This document shows, in pieces, positions 17,040-26,624 of a stretch of DNA of 64,000 nucleotides. How positions within the stretch are numbered: the stretch's first letter is position 1; each line of letters starts with the position of its first letter. This stretch comes from Candidatus Micrarchaeia archaeon (GTDB lineage Archaea > Micrarchaeota > Micrarchaeia > Anstonellales > Anstonellaceae). The stretch covers positions 107,350 through 171,349 of the forward strand of contig JBAYHU010000002.1 in the NCBI GenBank assembly GCA_041665945.1, in the 5' to 3' direction. A program made the position numbers and the translations under genes. The notes below the pieces were generated by a model, which was not told the DNA's origin, searched no databases, and worked only from the letters and a program-made list of their open reading frames with translations.

Positions 17040-17741
17040 ATGCCATCCGACCTGCTAATGCCCACCGGGATAAAAACCCTTGACAAGATGCTGGGCGGAG
17101 GGCTGCCTGTCGCCGGAAACGTCCTTCTGCTTGGCGACCCGCTGTGCGGGAAAAAGCCCCTGATGATGCAGTTCATCTACGAGGGGCTGCAGATGAACAT
17201 CCCCGGCATATTCGTGCTCACCGATTTCGGCTATCTCGAGTGGAAGGAGATGATGGACAGCTCCAAGTGGGACGTGTCGGAATACGAGAAAAACGGGCTT
17301 TTGCAGATAATCGACTGCTATTCCAAGACGTTCGACGCGTCGCTGCAGGACGAGGGGATTGTTGCCTACACAAGCGGCGGGGCGGACCTGTCGGAAATCT
17401 CCATGCAGCTCACGGGATTGCAGGGGCAGATAATGCAGATTGCCGACAACCACCGGCTCAGCTTCCATTCGCTCTCCTCGCTTCTTGAGACCAACCCGCC
17501 GGAGTCTGTTTACCGCTTCCTGCAATTCATCACCGGCAAGTTCCGCCGCGCAGGCGCGACCGCCATGTACGCCCTTGAAAAGGGCATGCACGACGAGAAG
17601 CAGGAGAAGATGGTGGAGCACCTCATGGACTGCGTGATAGAATTCCACGAGGATGAGGTGCGCGTGCGCGGGCTTCCGGGAGTGCCGACCGCATGGCACA
17701 AGTACGAGATGGGCGAGAAGGGGCTGTATATCGCGCCGTAA
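17040..17741 (+). CDS. KaiC/RAD55-family ATPase with degenerate Walker motifs
   Basis: PTGIKTLDKMLGGGLP, GDPLCGKK (no S/T), FHSLS in place of IDSLS. Confidence 0.85.
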   Translation: MPSDLLMPTGIKTLDKMLGGGLPVAGNVLLLGDPLCGKKPLMMQFIYEGLQMNIPGIFVLTDFGYLEWKEMMDSSKWDVSEYEKNGLLQIIDCYSKTFDASLQDEGIVAYTSGGADLSEISMQLTGLQGQIMQIADNHRLSFHSLSSLLETNPPESVYRFLQFITGKFRRAGATAMYALEKGMHDEKQEKMVEHLMDCVIEFHEDEVRVRGLPGVPTAWHKYEMGEKGLYIAP

Positions 17742-17759
17742 TGGCGGGCGGTTGTTTTC

Positions 17760-18020
17760 ATGGCGGATTATCTTGGCATCGTCGGGCTTGTTCTCATACT
17801 TGCGGGATGGACGATAGAGCTTATCAACGCAATCAGGGCGGGAAAATCGCAGGTGCCGCTTTCGTTTGCCGTGCTTTACGCAGCTGGAAGCGGGCTTCTT
17901 GCGTGGCACAGCCTTGAAATAGGAGACATGGTCTTTCTTGTGCTCAACGCGGCAGCGACGCTTGTTGCTGTTGTGAACATCGTTTTCTGCCTCTTTGCAA
18001 AGGGGAAGAAAAAGAGGTGA
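17760..18020 (+). CDS. Small 3-TM PQ-loop/SemiSWEET-like protein
   Basis: 86 aa, three hydrophobic helices, G.VGLVLILAGW..E, FLVLNA. Confidence 0.55.
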   Translation: MADYLGIVGLVLILAGWTIELINAIRAGKSQVPLSFAVLYAAGSGLLAWHSLEIGDMVFLVLNAAATLVAVVNIVFCLFAKGKKKR

Positions 18021-18243
18021 GGGCGGGCGTTTCGCCCCCTGCCCTCGACGCAGGTTCCCTTACAAACCTATATAAGCATTTCTTTTCTTATAGCAAGCAC
18101 TTCTGTTCTTCTATCTCATAAAACTGTTATTTGAAGTAGGAGACAATTTTTTCAAAAACAGGAAGACCTGACAGTTTAGGCGACAGGAATTTCAGGGATA
18201 ATCGCGGCGGAATCAGATTCCGGCGCGGCAACGAGGGATTTCT

Positions 18244-18888
18244 ATGGCGACTCCAGAACGCAATGATGCCAAGGACAAGACGCTTTCCACCGGAACGACT
18301 ACCGTGGGGCTTGTCTGCAGCGACGGCATAGTGATGGCGTCCGACCGCAGGGCGACCATGGGATTCTTCATCGCCAACAAGGACATCCAGAAGGTTTACC
18401 AGATTGACGACAACATTTCCATGACGATTGCGGGGGGCGTGGGCGACGCTCAGGCGCTTATCCGCATGATGCAAGCTGAAACTTCGCTTTACAAGTTCAA
18501 GCACGGCAGGATGATTTCCGTGAAGGCGGCGGCATCACTTTTGTCGAACCTGCTCCACAACTACCGCTTCTACCCCTTCTACGTCCAGCTGATAATCGGA
18601 GGGTATGACGGCGAAAAGGCGGAAATATACAGCCTCGACGCCATGGGCGGGCTGACCAGCGAGAAATACGTCTCCACCGGCTCGGGCTCACCGATTGCGT
18701 ACGGGCTTCTTGAGGAGCTTTACAAGGACGGCGGCTCGGTCAAGGACAACCTCCGCGCGGCTGGCAAGGCGATTGCCGCGGCCATGAAGCGCGACGCGGC
18801 GACCGGCGAGCACGTGGATTTGATATCGATTACGAAAACAGGATTCAAGAGATACGAGAGGGCAGAAGTGGAAAAGATGCTCCAGTAG
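18244..18888 (+). CDS. psmB: Proteasome beta subunit
   Basis: Propeptide then GTTTVG, SDRRATMG, GSGS, MKRDAATG. Confidence 0.97.
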   Translation: MATPERNDAKDKTLSTGTTTVGLVCSDGIVMASDRRATMGFFIANKDIQKVYQIDDNISMTIAGGVGDAQALIRMMQAETSLYKFKHGRMISVKAAASLLSNLLHNYRFYPFYVQLIIGGYDGEKAEIYSLDAMGGLTSEKYVSTGSGSPIAYGLLEELYKDGGSVKDNLRAAGKAIAAAMKRDAATGEHVDLISITKTGFKRYERAEVEKMLQ

Positions 18889-18948
18889 CTTTAGTCTTTC
18901 TTAACCAGGCGAAGCAAGGCATACTGCATACATCATAGAGGCGACTAT

Positions 18949-20844
18949 TTGGAATTGAAAGAAATCGAGAAGAAACTGCACGAGCTTGTGCCCAGCGAAT
19001 GCCTCATGACAAAGGTGGAGGCAGAGGGGCTTGACATTGTCATTTACCTCAAGGACATCAACGCTTTCTACGCGAACGACCAGCTAATCAAGAAGATTGC
19101 AGGCACCATCCGCAAGAGAATCCTTGTGAAGACCGACCCCTCGGCGCTCATGGCGCAGGACGAGGCAGTGAAGATAATCAAGGAGGTCGTACCCATAGAG
19201 GCCGGAGTCTCGTCCGTGAGCTTCAACCCCGAATTCTGCGAAGTCAACATCGAGTCGCTCAAGCCCGGGCTTGTAATCGGCAAGGGCGGGATGACACTCA
19301 AGACAATCATACAAAGGACGAAGTGGGCTCCGAACATACTCAGAACGCCCACCATGCCATCCTCCACCATAAAGGGAGTGCGGGCGACCATGCTCAAGGA
19401 AGCGGCGAGCAGGAAGAAGTTCTTAAACGCGCTTGGCAAGAAAATCTGCGCCCCGCAAACGGAAAAAAGCGACTGGGTAAAAGTGACCGCGCTTGGCGGC
19501 TTTTACGAGGTCGGCAGGAGCTGCGCGCTTGTGCAGACTCCTCACAGCAACGTGCTTGTGGACTGCGGCATAAACCCCGAAACTTTCGAGCCGTCCAAAG
19601 CTTATCCTTACCTTAACGCCATGAATTTGGAGCTTGACAAGATAGACGCGGTCATCCTCACGCACGCGCACATGGACCACTGCGGCTTCATACCATACCT
19701 TTACGCTTACGGATACGACGGGCCGGTGTACTGCACCACGCCCACGCGCGACCTTGCGATGCTTTTGCAGATGGACTACATCGCGATTGCGAACAAGAAC
19801 TCCAAGTACCCGCCGCCTTACGGCATCAAGGACATACAAAAGGAGCTTTCGCACATGGTCACTGTCGATTACGGCGAAGTGATTGACATCACGCCGGAAA
19901 TCAAGCTCACGTTCTACAACGCGGGGCACATCCTCGGTTCCGCCATGGTGCATTTGCACATAGGCGACGGATTGCACAACCTCGTGTTCTCGGGAGACAT
20001 CAAGTACGGATTCACGCGCCTCTTCGACCAGGCGAACACGAACTTCCCGAGGGTGGAAACGCTCTTCCTAGACTCCACGTATGGAGGCAGGAACGACATC
20101 CAGCCCAACAGGTTCGATTCCGACAAGCGCCTGATGGACATGGCTGTGCAGGTGCTGCAGCGCGGAGGCAAGGTCCTCATCCCGACGTTCTCGGTCGGCC
20201 GCTCGCAGGAAATCATGCTTGTAATGGAGGAATACGCCTCGCGCAACAAGGACTTCAACTGGCCGGTCTACATAGACGGCATGATTCTTGAGGCGTCGGC
20301 AATACACACCGCCTACCCCGAATACCTGAGGCACAACCTCCAGAGGCGCATACTTTCAAACGACTCGCCCTTCGAGTCGCCAATCTTTGAGCCGGTGAAG
20401 AAGGACCGCAAGGAAATCGCGGAAGGCGGGCCTGCAGTGATAATCGCGCCCTCGGGCATGTTGTCCGGCGGGCCTTCGGTGGAATACCTCAGGCTTCTTG
20501 CCGAGGACCCGAAAAGCGCGCTTTTCTTCGTGGGATACCAATCCTCGCTCTCGCTTGGCAGGAAACTGCAGAGGGGGATGAGGGAAATCGCCACCGTGGA
20601 TGATGAGGGCAGGGCGACATCGCTCAAGGTCAACATGCAGATTGAGACCGTGGAGGGCTATTCCGGGCACTCGGACAGGCACCAGCTCCTCTCCATGCTC
20701 AAGAACATGCGCCCCAAGCCCGAGCGGGTTTTCACGCTCCATGGCGACGAAAAGAAATGCGAGGATCTCTCGCACACCATCGCCAAGCTCATGCGCATCG
20801 AATCTCGCGCGCCGATGGACTTGGACACCATTAGGCTCAAGTAA
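18949..20844 (+). CDS. fttA: Beta-CASP ribonuclease aCPSF1 (FttA)
   Basis: N-terminal KH domains, THAHMDHCG, AGHILG, SGHSD; canonical position after psmB; TTG start. Confidence 0.95.
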   Translation: MELKEIEKKLHELVPSECLMTKVEAEGLDIVIYLKDINAFYANDQLIKKIAGTIRKRILVKTDPSALMAQDEAVKIIKEVVPIEAGVSSVSFNPEFCEVNIESLKPGLVIGKGGMTLKTIIQRTKWAPNILRTPTMPSSTIKGVRATMLKEAASRKKFLNALGKKICAPQTEKSDWVKVTALGGFYEVGRSCALVQTPHSNVLVDCGINPETFEPSKAYPYLNAMNLELDKIDAVILTHAHMDHCGFIPYLYAYGYDGPVYCTTPTRDLAMLLQMDYIAIANKNSKYPPPYGIKDIQKELSHMVTVDYGEVIDITPEIKLTFYNAGHILGSAMVHLHIGDGLHNLVFSGDIKYGFTRLFDQANTNFPRVETLFLDSTYGGRNDIQPNRFDSDKRLMDMAVQVLQRGGKVLIPTFSVGRSQEIMLVMEEYASRNKDFNWPVYIDGMILEASAIHTAYPEYLRHNLQRRILSNDSPFESPIFEPVKKDRKEIAEGGPAVIIAPSGMLSGGPSVEYLRLLAEDPKSALFFVGYQSSLSLGRKLQRGMREIATVDDEGRATSLKVNMQIETVEGYSGHSDRHQLLSMLKNMRPKPERVFTLHGDEKKCEDLSHTIAKLMRIESRAPMDLDTIRLK

Positions 20845-20903
20845 AGAAGGGGCAATCGTGGCGGAAGAAGCAGATACTCCTTAATCCGAAGGCTGTGAAT
20901 TTG

Positions 20904-22706
20904 TTATTGCTTCGGAGGCAGCTTGGGCGGCACTATGGGCTTGGGAGCTGCTTTCGGAGGAGTTTGCGGCTGCGCAGGGGCTTGCTGCATTGGAGGCTGC
21001 GCCGGCTGCACGGGTTTCTCCTGCGCGGGCGGCTGCGCCTGCGTTTGCTGTTGCGACTGCTGCAAAGCAACGGGCTTTTCCTGCACCGGGGGCTGTTGCA
21101 TCTGCGAAGGGGAACGGAAATCCGGCTGCTTGGCTGGCTGGGATTGCTTGGGCTGCCAGAGGGGCTGCGATGAAGACTCCTTTTGCTGTGGCTGGAAAGA
21201 AGGCTGGTCGTCGCCGGGCTTTTCCCTGCGCGCGGGCAGTATCCTCGATATCAGGCTCTTTTTCGGCTCCTGAAGCGAAATGTCGATTGCCTGCTGGTCC
21301 TGCTGGGGCTGATTTTCGCTTCCTGGCAGGACAGGCGCAGGGCGCCTTGTCTGCTGCGTGGAGCGGTAAAGCATGCGCAGGTAGTTGAGTATGAAGCTGA
21401 AGGAGCCTCCCAAGTTGTTTTTCGCGAAAAACACCACGCCGGCGAGGATGGCTATCCCGATTGCGACAAGCGCCCAGAGGAAAAAGTCCTCGGTCTGCTT
21501 CTTCGTGTCAGGCGGGAGCGTCGTGGAAGTCTGCCCGCTTGGCACCGGCACCGCATACTCGAGCCCGACCGACGCCTCGGCAACATCGTACTTGTTGGAT
21601 GCCTTGACCGAGATGATGGTATTGGACTGTATGCACGGGCGCACGAAGAGCATTCCCTGCTCGTCCGTGCTTGCCGTCATGTTCGTGGTAGTTTTGCCGT
21701 CGCTGCTCGTGAACACGACCTGCAGGGGCAGTTGCTTTCGCGGGTCGGAGATTTTTGCCGTGACGCGGTAGCAGTTCTCCCCTTCCCGGACCGGCGCAAG
21801 TGGCTCGATTGTGAGGAGGTGGGGGAGCTTTATCGTGTCCGGCATGGAGCCCTCCGGCACATAGGCGATGTTGAGCTGGTGCTCGTCCACGACCATGGTC
21901 ATATTGATTGAGATTCCGACGAACGCGTCGAAGCTCGCAGCGCCGTTGCCATCCGTGGTCGCAGTCTGCTGCCGCCCGCGGTAATAGTAAGTGATTGGCT
22001 GGTTGGCGAACGGCTCCCCGTCGGGCGAGAAGAATGTCAGCGGGGAAATGATGCGCGTCGCCTGCTGGGGGCCCTGGTTGTTTTCAGGAGACCAGCTGTC
22101 CGAGATAATGACATTTATCGAGCGGCGCCCGTCCTTGTCCGCGCTCGCGCTGTCGCTGTAAAAAAGCTTGCGGTTCTCGCCGGAAATCACGTATCCGGAA
22201 AATCTCAGCCCCGTGGGCACGCGCAGTATCGCAACGCCGTTCAGGAAAGGCTCGATTACCGGCGAGCCGTATATGGAAACCTGCGAGCCCGGAGGGAGGT
22301 TTTCGGGCGGGACCGCCTTCACGGTGACGTTTTCGAGCTTGAAGGGGATGGTGAGGCGCAGGTTCTTCTGCCCGGCGTTGTCCACCTCGAATTGCGAGTT
22401 GCTTCCCGCCCAGTAGTATGTCGAGATGCTCACGGAATAGGATTTTTTCTCCTGCGACTGCGGGACTGAATTGGAAAGCAGCACGGAGAACGAGCCTTCC
22501 TCGTTTGTCTGCCCCTGCTCGCGCCCGTCGGCAGTTGAGTCGGGCAGCGCCTTTTGATAAAGTATTGTGACCGACGCGTATTTGACGGGCATGCCATTCA
22601 TGTCCACGACCGTTATGTTGAGCGCCTGGCTCCAGAGGGCTGACACCGGCTGCGCTGCCAGAAGCAGGAAGAGCGCGAAGATTGCGAATGAACTTGCTCT
22701 CCTCAT
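20904..22706 (-). CDS. Secreted/membrane-anchored surface protein with long Q/P-rich C-terminal tail
   Basis: Signal peptide, beta-rich T(N/D)xxG carboxypeptidase-regulatory-like repeats, one TM helix, low-complexity tail. Confidence 0.75.
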   Translation of the reverse strand: MRRASSFAIFALFLLLAAQPVSALWSQALNITVVDMNGMPVKYASVTILYQKALPDSTADGREQGQTNEEGSFSVLLSNSVPQSQEKKSYSVSISTYYWAGSNSQFEVDNAGQKNLRLTIPFKLENVTVKAVPPENLPPGSQVSIYGSPVIEPFLNGVAILRVPTGLRFSGYVISGENRKLFYSDSASADKDGRRSINVIISDSWSPENNQGPQQATRIISPLTFFSPDGEPFANQPITYYYRGRQQTATTDGNGAASFDAFVGISINMTMVVDEHQLNIAYVPEGSMPDTIKLPHLLTIEPLAPVREGENCYRVTAKISDPRKQLPLQVVFTSSDGKTTTNMTASTDEQGMLFVRPCIQSNTIISVKASNKYDVAEASVGLEYAVPVPSGQTSTTLPPDTKKQTEDFFLWALVAIGIAILAGVVFFAKNNLGGSFSFILNYLRMLYRSTQQTRRPAPVLPGSENQPQQDQQAIDISLQEPKKSLISRILPARREKPGDDQPSFQPQQKESSSQPLWQPKQSQPAKQPDFRSPSQMQQPPVQEKPVALQQSQQQTQAQPPAQEKPVQPAQPPMQQAPAQPQTPPKAAPKPIVPPKLPPKQ

Positions 22707-22858
22707 CAATCCTCACCCGTAGTTTCGAAGACCGGCGGGAAATCCTTTACCAGCTTCAGCCTTGCCCCGCAGTCAGGGCAAATCATTATTTCCCCGACCT
22801 GAAGCCCGGGCTCAAGCGCGATGTGGAACGTGCATGCCGGGCACTCAGATATTGCCAT
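22706..22858 (-). CDS. LysW-like zinc-ribbon protein (50 aa, not in ORF track)
   Basis: Own translation: MAISECPACTFHIALEPGLQVGEIMICPDCGARLKLVKDFPPVFETTGED*; TGATG overlap with the downstream gene. Confidence 0.8.
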   Translation of the reverse strand: MAISECPACTFHIALEPGLQVGEIMICPDCGARLKLVKDFPPVFETTGED

Positions 22859-22920
22859 GTTATCGCACGTCCTTCGGCGGCTATGGTTTTAAAGGTTGCA
22901 CAGGCGGTGGCGGCGGGAAA

Positions 22921-24216
22921 TCAGGGCTTTACCCTTACCCTGTCCCTCGGGAAGAGCACCGCCTCGCGGATGTTGTGCAAGCCGCAGATTTTCATTGTGA
23001 AGCGGTCAAGCCCGATGGACCAGCCGGCATGCGGCGGGGCGCCGACGCGGAACGCGTTTATGTAGAACTCGAAGTCCGCGGGGTTCAGCCCCCTAGCCTT
23101 GAGCTGCTCAATCAGCACTTCGGGCCTGTGGACACGCTGCGCGCCCGAGGAAATTTCCAATCCCTCGTAATTCAGGTCGTAAGCGTGGCAGATTTTCGGG
23201 TTGGATTCGTCGGGCTGCGAGTAGAACGCGCGCACAGCGGTCGGCCACTCGGTGATGAAATAGGTGGAGTAGCCGAGCACTTCGGTGAGCTTCGCCTCTG
23301 TTTCGCGCGAGAAGTCCTCGCCCCAAACGAATGTGACGCCGGCGGCGTTGAGCTTGTCCACAAGCTCGGTGTAGGTGTGGCGCGGGATTGATGCCGGAAC
23401 GGCAAGCTCGCGGTTGAGGGTTTTGAGTTCAGCCGCGCAATTTTCCTTCACGCGGGAGAGCACGTGGAGAACGACTGCTTCAAGCGCGTCGATGGCATCC
23501 TTGGGCGTGGCAAAGCCAAGCTCCAAGTCCATCTGCGTCGCCTCGTTCAAATGCGTGAGCGTGTTGTGCTTCTCGGCGCGGAAAACTGGCACGGTCATGA
23601 ACACCTTGTCCATGCCGCCGATTACCGCGAGCTGCTTGTAAAGCTGCGGGGACTGCACAAGATATGCCTCCTTCTCGAAGTATTGCACCTTGAACAGGTC
23701 TGCGCCGCCCTCTGTCGCGGCTTCCACGATTGTGGGAGGGTGGAGCTCCACTGCGCCAAGCATGCGGCATTTTTCGCGGAATGCCTGCGCTATTTCAGAG
23801 CGGATGCGGAATATGGCGGCAGTGTTCGCCGTGCGCATGTCGACATAGCGGTAGTCGAGCCGCACTTCGAGGTCCGCCGGCACCTTGCCAGTCACTTCGA
23901 ATGGCACCTTGGTTGTGATTGGATTCAGAACGGTGAAACTCGTGGGAAGGAGTTCGCAGCCCGCTTCAGCCATCTTGCTTGCGACCACTTTGCCAGTAAC
24001 CGTTACCACTGTTTCTTTCGGCTGGGACATTGCCGCAAGAACAGCATCGGGCTCGCGCCCGTTCTTCGCCGTAACCTGTATGATGCCGCTCCTGTCGCGC
24101 ACCTGCACGAACTTGAGCTTGCCCAAGTCGCGCACCTCGTGCACCCAGCCTGCAATCGTTATTTCCTTTTCAAGAAGGCTTTTCGCCTCGGATATGTAAT
24201 GTGTCCTGTACATCAT
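22921..24216 (-). CDS. aspS: Aspartyl-tRNA synthetase (archaeal type, probably non-discriminating)
   Basis: RTHY, AGWVHEVRDLG, QSPQLYKQ, FRAE, GAPPHAG..IGLDR, FPRD. Confidence 0.95.
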   Translation of the reverse strand: MMYRTHYISEAKSLLEKEITIAGWVHEVRDLGKLKFVQVRDRSGIIQVTAKNGREPDAVLAAMSQPKETVVTVTGKVVASKMAEAGCELLPTSFTVLNPITTKVPFEVTGKVPADLEVRLDYRYVDMRTANTAAIFRIRSEIAQAFREKCRMLGAVELHPPTIVEAATEGGADLFKVQYFEKEAYLVQSPQLYKQLAVIGGMDKVFMTVPVFRAEKHNTLTHLNEATQMDLELGFATPKDAIDALEAVVLHVLSRVKENCAAELKTLNRELAVPASIPRHTYTELVDKLNAAGVTFVWGEDFSRETEAKLTEVLGYSTYFITEWPTAVRAFYSQPDESNPKICHAYDLNYEGLEISSGAQRVHRPEVLIEQLKARGLNPADFEFYINAFRVGAPPHAGWSIGLDRFTMKICGLHNIREAVLFPRDRVRVKP

Positions 24217-24222
24217 AACACC

Positions 24223-24720
24223 TCATTCGAATACAAGCTGCACCTCGTGCCCGATGAGCGAGCGCAGCGCCTTTTCAAGAGTGGGGATGTCAATCGGGAG
24301 GTGCGCGATTTCGCTTTTCGCGATGCGCACCTTCGTGATTTCCCTGCCCTCGTGGAATACCTGGTTGATGCCCAGCAGGCGCGTGGGCATGATGACGTCG
24401 GCGACCGATTTTTTCACGTCCCCGCCGACTTCGGCTATGCGCACCTTGCGCCCGAGCGCGGATGAGAGTTCGGAGACGATTTTGCCGTCCTTGCCGATGA
24501 GCAACCCGGCTTCGCCGCGGGTGAGCACAAGGACCGCACGCCCCAAGTCGAGCGACTTGAAGAACGACGCATTGGAAATGTTGTACCGCTCGTTTATCCT
24601 GTACAGTATGCGCGCGATTTCCCAGTCCAGTTCGGATATCTTTCCCTCGAAGATGCTTCTGCGGGTGGCGTCGGACAGCTCTCCGCGCCTCAGGTCTTCA
24701 TCGGGGATGGGGGTCTTCAT
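24223..24720 (-). CDS. KH-domain NusA-like protein
   Basis: GLLIGKDGKIV..LS..LGRKVRIAE, LLGINQVF. Confidence 0.75.
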   Translation of the reverse strand: MKTPIPDEDLRRGELSDATRRSIFEGKISELDWEIARILYRINERYNISNASFFKSLDLGRAVLVLTRGEAGLLIGKDGKIVSELSSALGRKVRIAEVGGDVKKSVADVIMPTRLLGINQVFHEGREITKVRIAKSEIAHLPIDIPTLEKALRSLIGHEVQLVFE

Positions 24721-24764
24721 CCTATCACCTATCACGGCAGAAGCAGTCGGGGAGAGTGCCTTGC

Positions 24765-25106
24765 TTACTTGATTAGCTTGATTTCGATTACCGAGACTTT
24801 CGTCTTGCTTCCGTCTTCGGAGTCAAGTTCCTCGGTGCGGATTACGATTCCGTCGAGCTTGGCTTCCGGCAGGAAGCGGTTGCGGACAATCTCGGCGACG
24901 TCCACGGCGCGGGAAATCGACTTGCCCCTCGCCTTGATGTAAACTTCGGAAAGCCCGCTGTTGAACTGCGTCACAACTGCCAGCACGTAGCCCATGACGC
25001 TTTTCTTCCCTATGTAAATGACGTTCGGATCCTTGCGCTCGCGCGGCGCGATTTCGGAGTCATTCGTAATGGTTCCAGTCTGTGGAATAGTTGTGGTCTC
25101 GTCCAT
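24765..25106 (-). CDS. albA: Chromatin protein Alba
   Basis: [38 protein letters not shown]. Confidence 0.96.
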   Translation of the reverse strand: MDETTTIPQTGTITNDSEIAPRERKDPNVIYIGKKSVMGYVLAVVTQFNSGLSEVYIKARGKSISRAVDVAEIVRNRFLPEAKLDGIVIRTEELDSEDGSKTKVSVIEIKLIK

Positions 25107-25126
25107 GCAGGCACCTCCTGTAATGG

Positions 25127-26119
25127 CTATCTCCTCCCCCTTCTGTATTCTGCCACTAACTTGTCTAAGTCCATTTTTCGCTCGCCCAAATTATATAAAC
25201 CCACGTCATGGGAGGTGGCTTTCTGGGAGGGGGGCGGCAAGGGGGCGGAAACGTGCTGTTTTTTGGGGATTGTGGCGGATTTTGCGGGGTTTTGCTTCTG
25301 GGGATTGGATTGCTTGGCGGGGACGTGCGGGTTTTGGGTTTTATGCTGCGGGTTTTGGGGCTTGTCCACCCTGTTTTTCCCGTGCAAGCCGATTTTTTCA
25401 AGCGCGAGATTCAGCTTGAAGCGAAGCTTGCGAAGCTCGGAGTCGTGAAACACGGACTGGCGCACGCCGTTTTCAAGCAGGCGCACCCTGTTTTCAAGCT
25501 GCTGTTTTTCGTTTTCGAGCCGCGTTGCGAGCATGCGAAGATGCGCGTTCTCGCGGGCAAGCGCTGAAACGCGGGCGCGGAGCTCTTCAGAGGAAAGGGA
25601 GCGCTGCAGAGTGTCCTGCTTTTGAGATGGAGAGGATGACTCGGCTGGCGCGGATTTACCAAGCTCCAAAAACGCGTCTTTCACCTTGTAGCCCTTGAGT
25701 ATGAGGTGCTTCACGCGGTCCCTGTCCTCCCGCGGGACGTCATCAATGGCGTCTATCTGGCGCAGTTTGTTGGCGTGCGCGCGGAAAGCGAAAACCGCGG
25801 CAGTGTATGCGTCGCGCTCGTGGTTGTTTTCCACGCCTGAGCCGCGGGCAATCTGCCGCTTGTCATCCTCGCAGATGTTGTGCGGGGGCGAGTGCAGGCG
25901 GCAGGAGAAGTATGACGCGATTTTCTGCGCGAACTCGGGGGCAGGGGAAACGTCGCATGCGATAAGCGAGGGCGTGCCGCTTTTCTCTATGAAGGAAACC
26001 GCCTCGGAAATCCCGCCGCCTGAAAAGGAGCCTGTGGTGATTTTTTCGCCTGAAAGGGAGAGGATTGCGACGCCTATCGTGGCGCCCGGGTCCAATCCGA
26101 CGACTATGTGCCTGTGCAA
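25127..26119 (-). CDS. DUF460-like RNase H-fold/coiled-coil protein
   Basis: [30 protein letters not shown]. Confidence 0.8.
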   Translation of the reverse strand: MHRHIVVGLDPGATIGVAILSLSGEKITTGSFSGGGISEAVSFIEKSGTPSLIACDVSPAPEFAQKIASYFSCRLHSPPHNICEDDKRQIARGSGVENNHERDAYTAAVFAFRAHANKLRQIDAIDDVPREDRDRVKHLILKGYKVKDAFLELGKSAPAESSSPSQKQDTLQRSLSSEELRARVSALARENAHLRMLATRLENEKQQLENRVRLLENGVRQSVFHDSELRKLRFKLNLALEKIGLHGKNRVDKPQNPQHKTQNPHVPAKQSNPQKQNPAKSATIPKKQHVSAPLPPPSQKATSHDVGLYNLGERKMDLDKLVAEYRRGRR

Positions 26120-26229
26120 TCATTCACCACGATTGCTCAGAGGGAACATGTTTTTGAGCGTATTGTTCCAAGCTCCGATTAATATACGTTTATATACTTA
26201 TTGCAACATTAAAAAAGCAGGTGGTATTC

Positions 26230-26616
26230 ATGCAGAACCTGAAGGGAAAGCTCGTACAAAGCTGGAATATTTGCATTGACGGAAAGGATGGAAACACTGT
26301 CAACGCCAAGGTCACAAAGACGATGCCCGTATTCGGAAAAATGGCAGTGGAGGTAAGGGGCATTGAGCTTCCGCTCGTAGTCTCCAAAAGAGATGTCAAT
26401 GATTTCAGGAAGTCGGAACTGTACGATGGAAGCAGGGGGAAAGCGTCCGAAGACATGGCAAAAAAAATAGACTTCGCATACCAGCTTGCTTACGAAGACG
26501 GACTAAGTTCGTATGAGGGAGTCGAAGCGCTCAAGTTTGCCAGCACGCACTTCTTCAAAGGCAAAACTGACATGGCAACCTACTTGCAGGCAAAACTGAT
26601 GGACGCAATGGTCTGA
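26230..26616 (+). CDS. Hypothetical protein
   Basis: ORF with AGGTGG SD-like site and TATA upstream. Confidence 0.6.
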   Translation: MQNLKGKLVQSWNICIDGKDGNTVNAKVTKTMPVFGKMAVEVRGIELPLVVSKRDVNDFRKSELYDGSRGKASEDMAKKIDFAYQLAYEDGLSSYEGVEALKFASTHFFKGKTDMATYLQAKLMDAMV

Positions 26617-26624
26617 GGCTGCGC

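Noticed and set aside
16575-17176. Overlapping N-terminal extensions of the two KaiC ORFs
   Set aside because: They are mutual antisense read-through; starts at 16951 (-) and 17040 (+) give non-overlapping genes with a TATA box between them.
18021-18243. Long spacer upstream of psmB as a possible ncRNA
   Set aside because: No recognisable RNA motif; consistent with promoter plus UTR.
25230-25370. QNP-type low-complexity repeats in the DUF460 protein
   Set aside because: Imperfect disordered linker with no regular DNA repeat unit.
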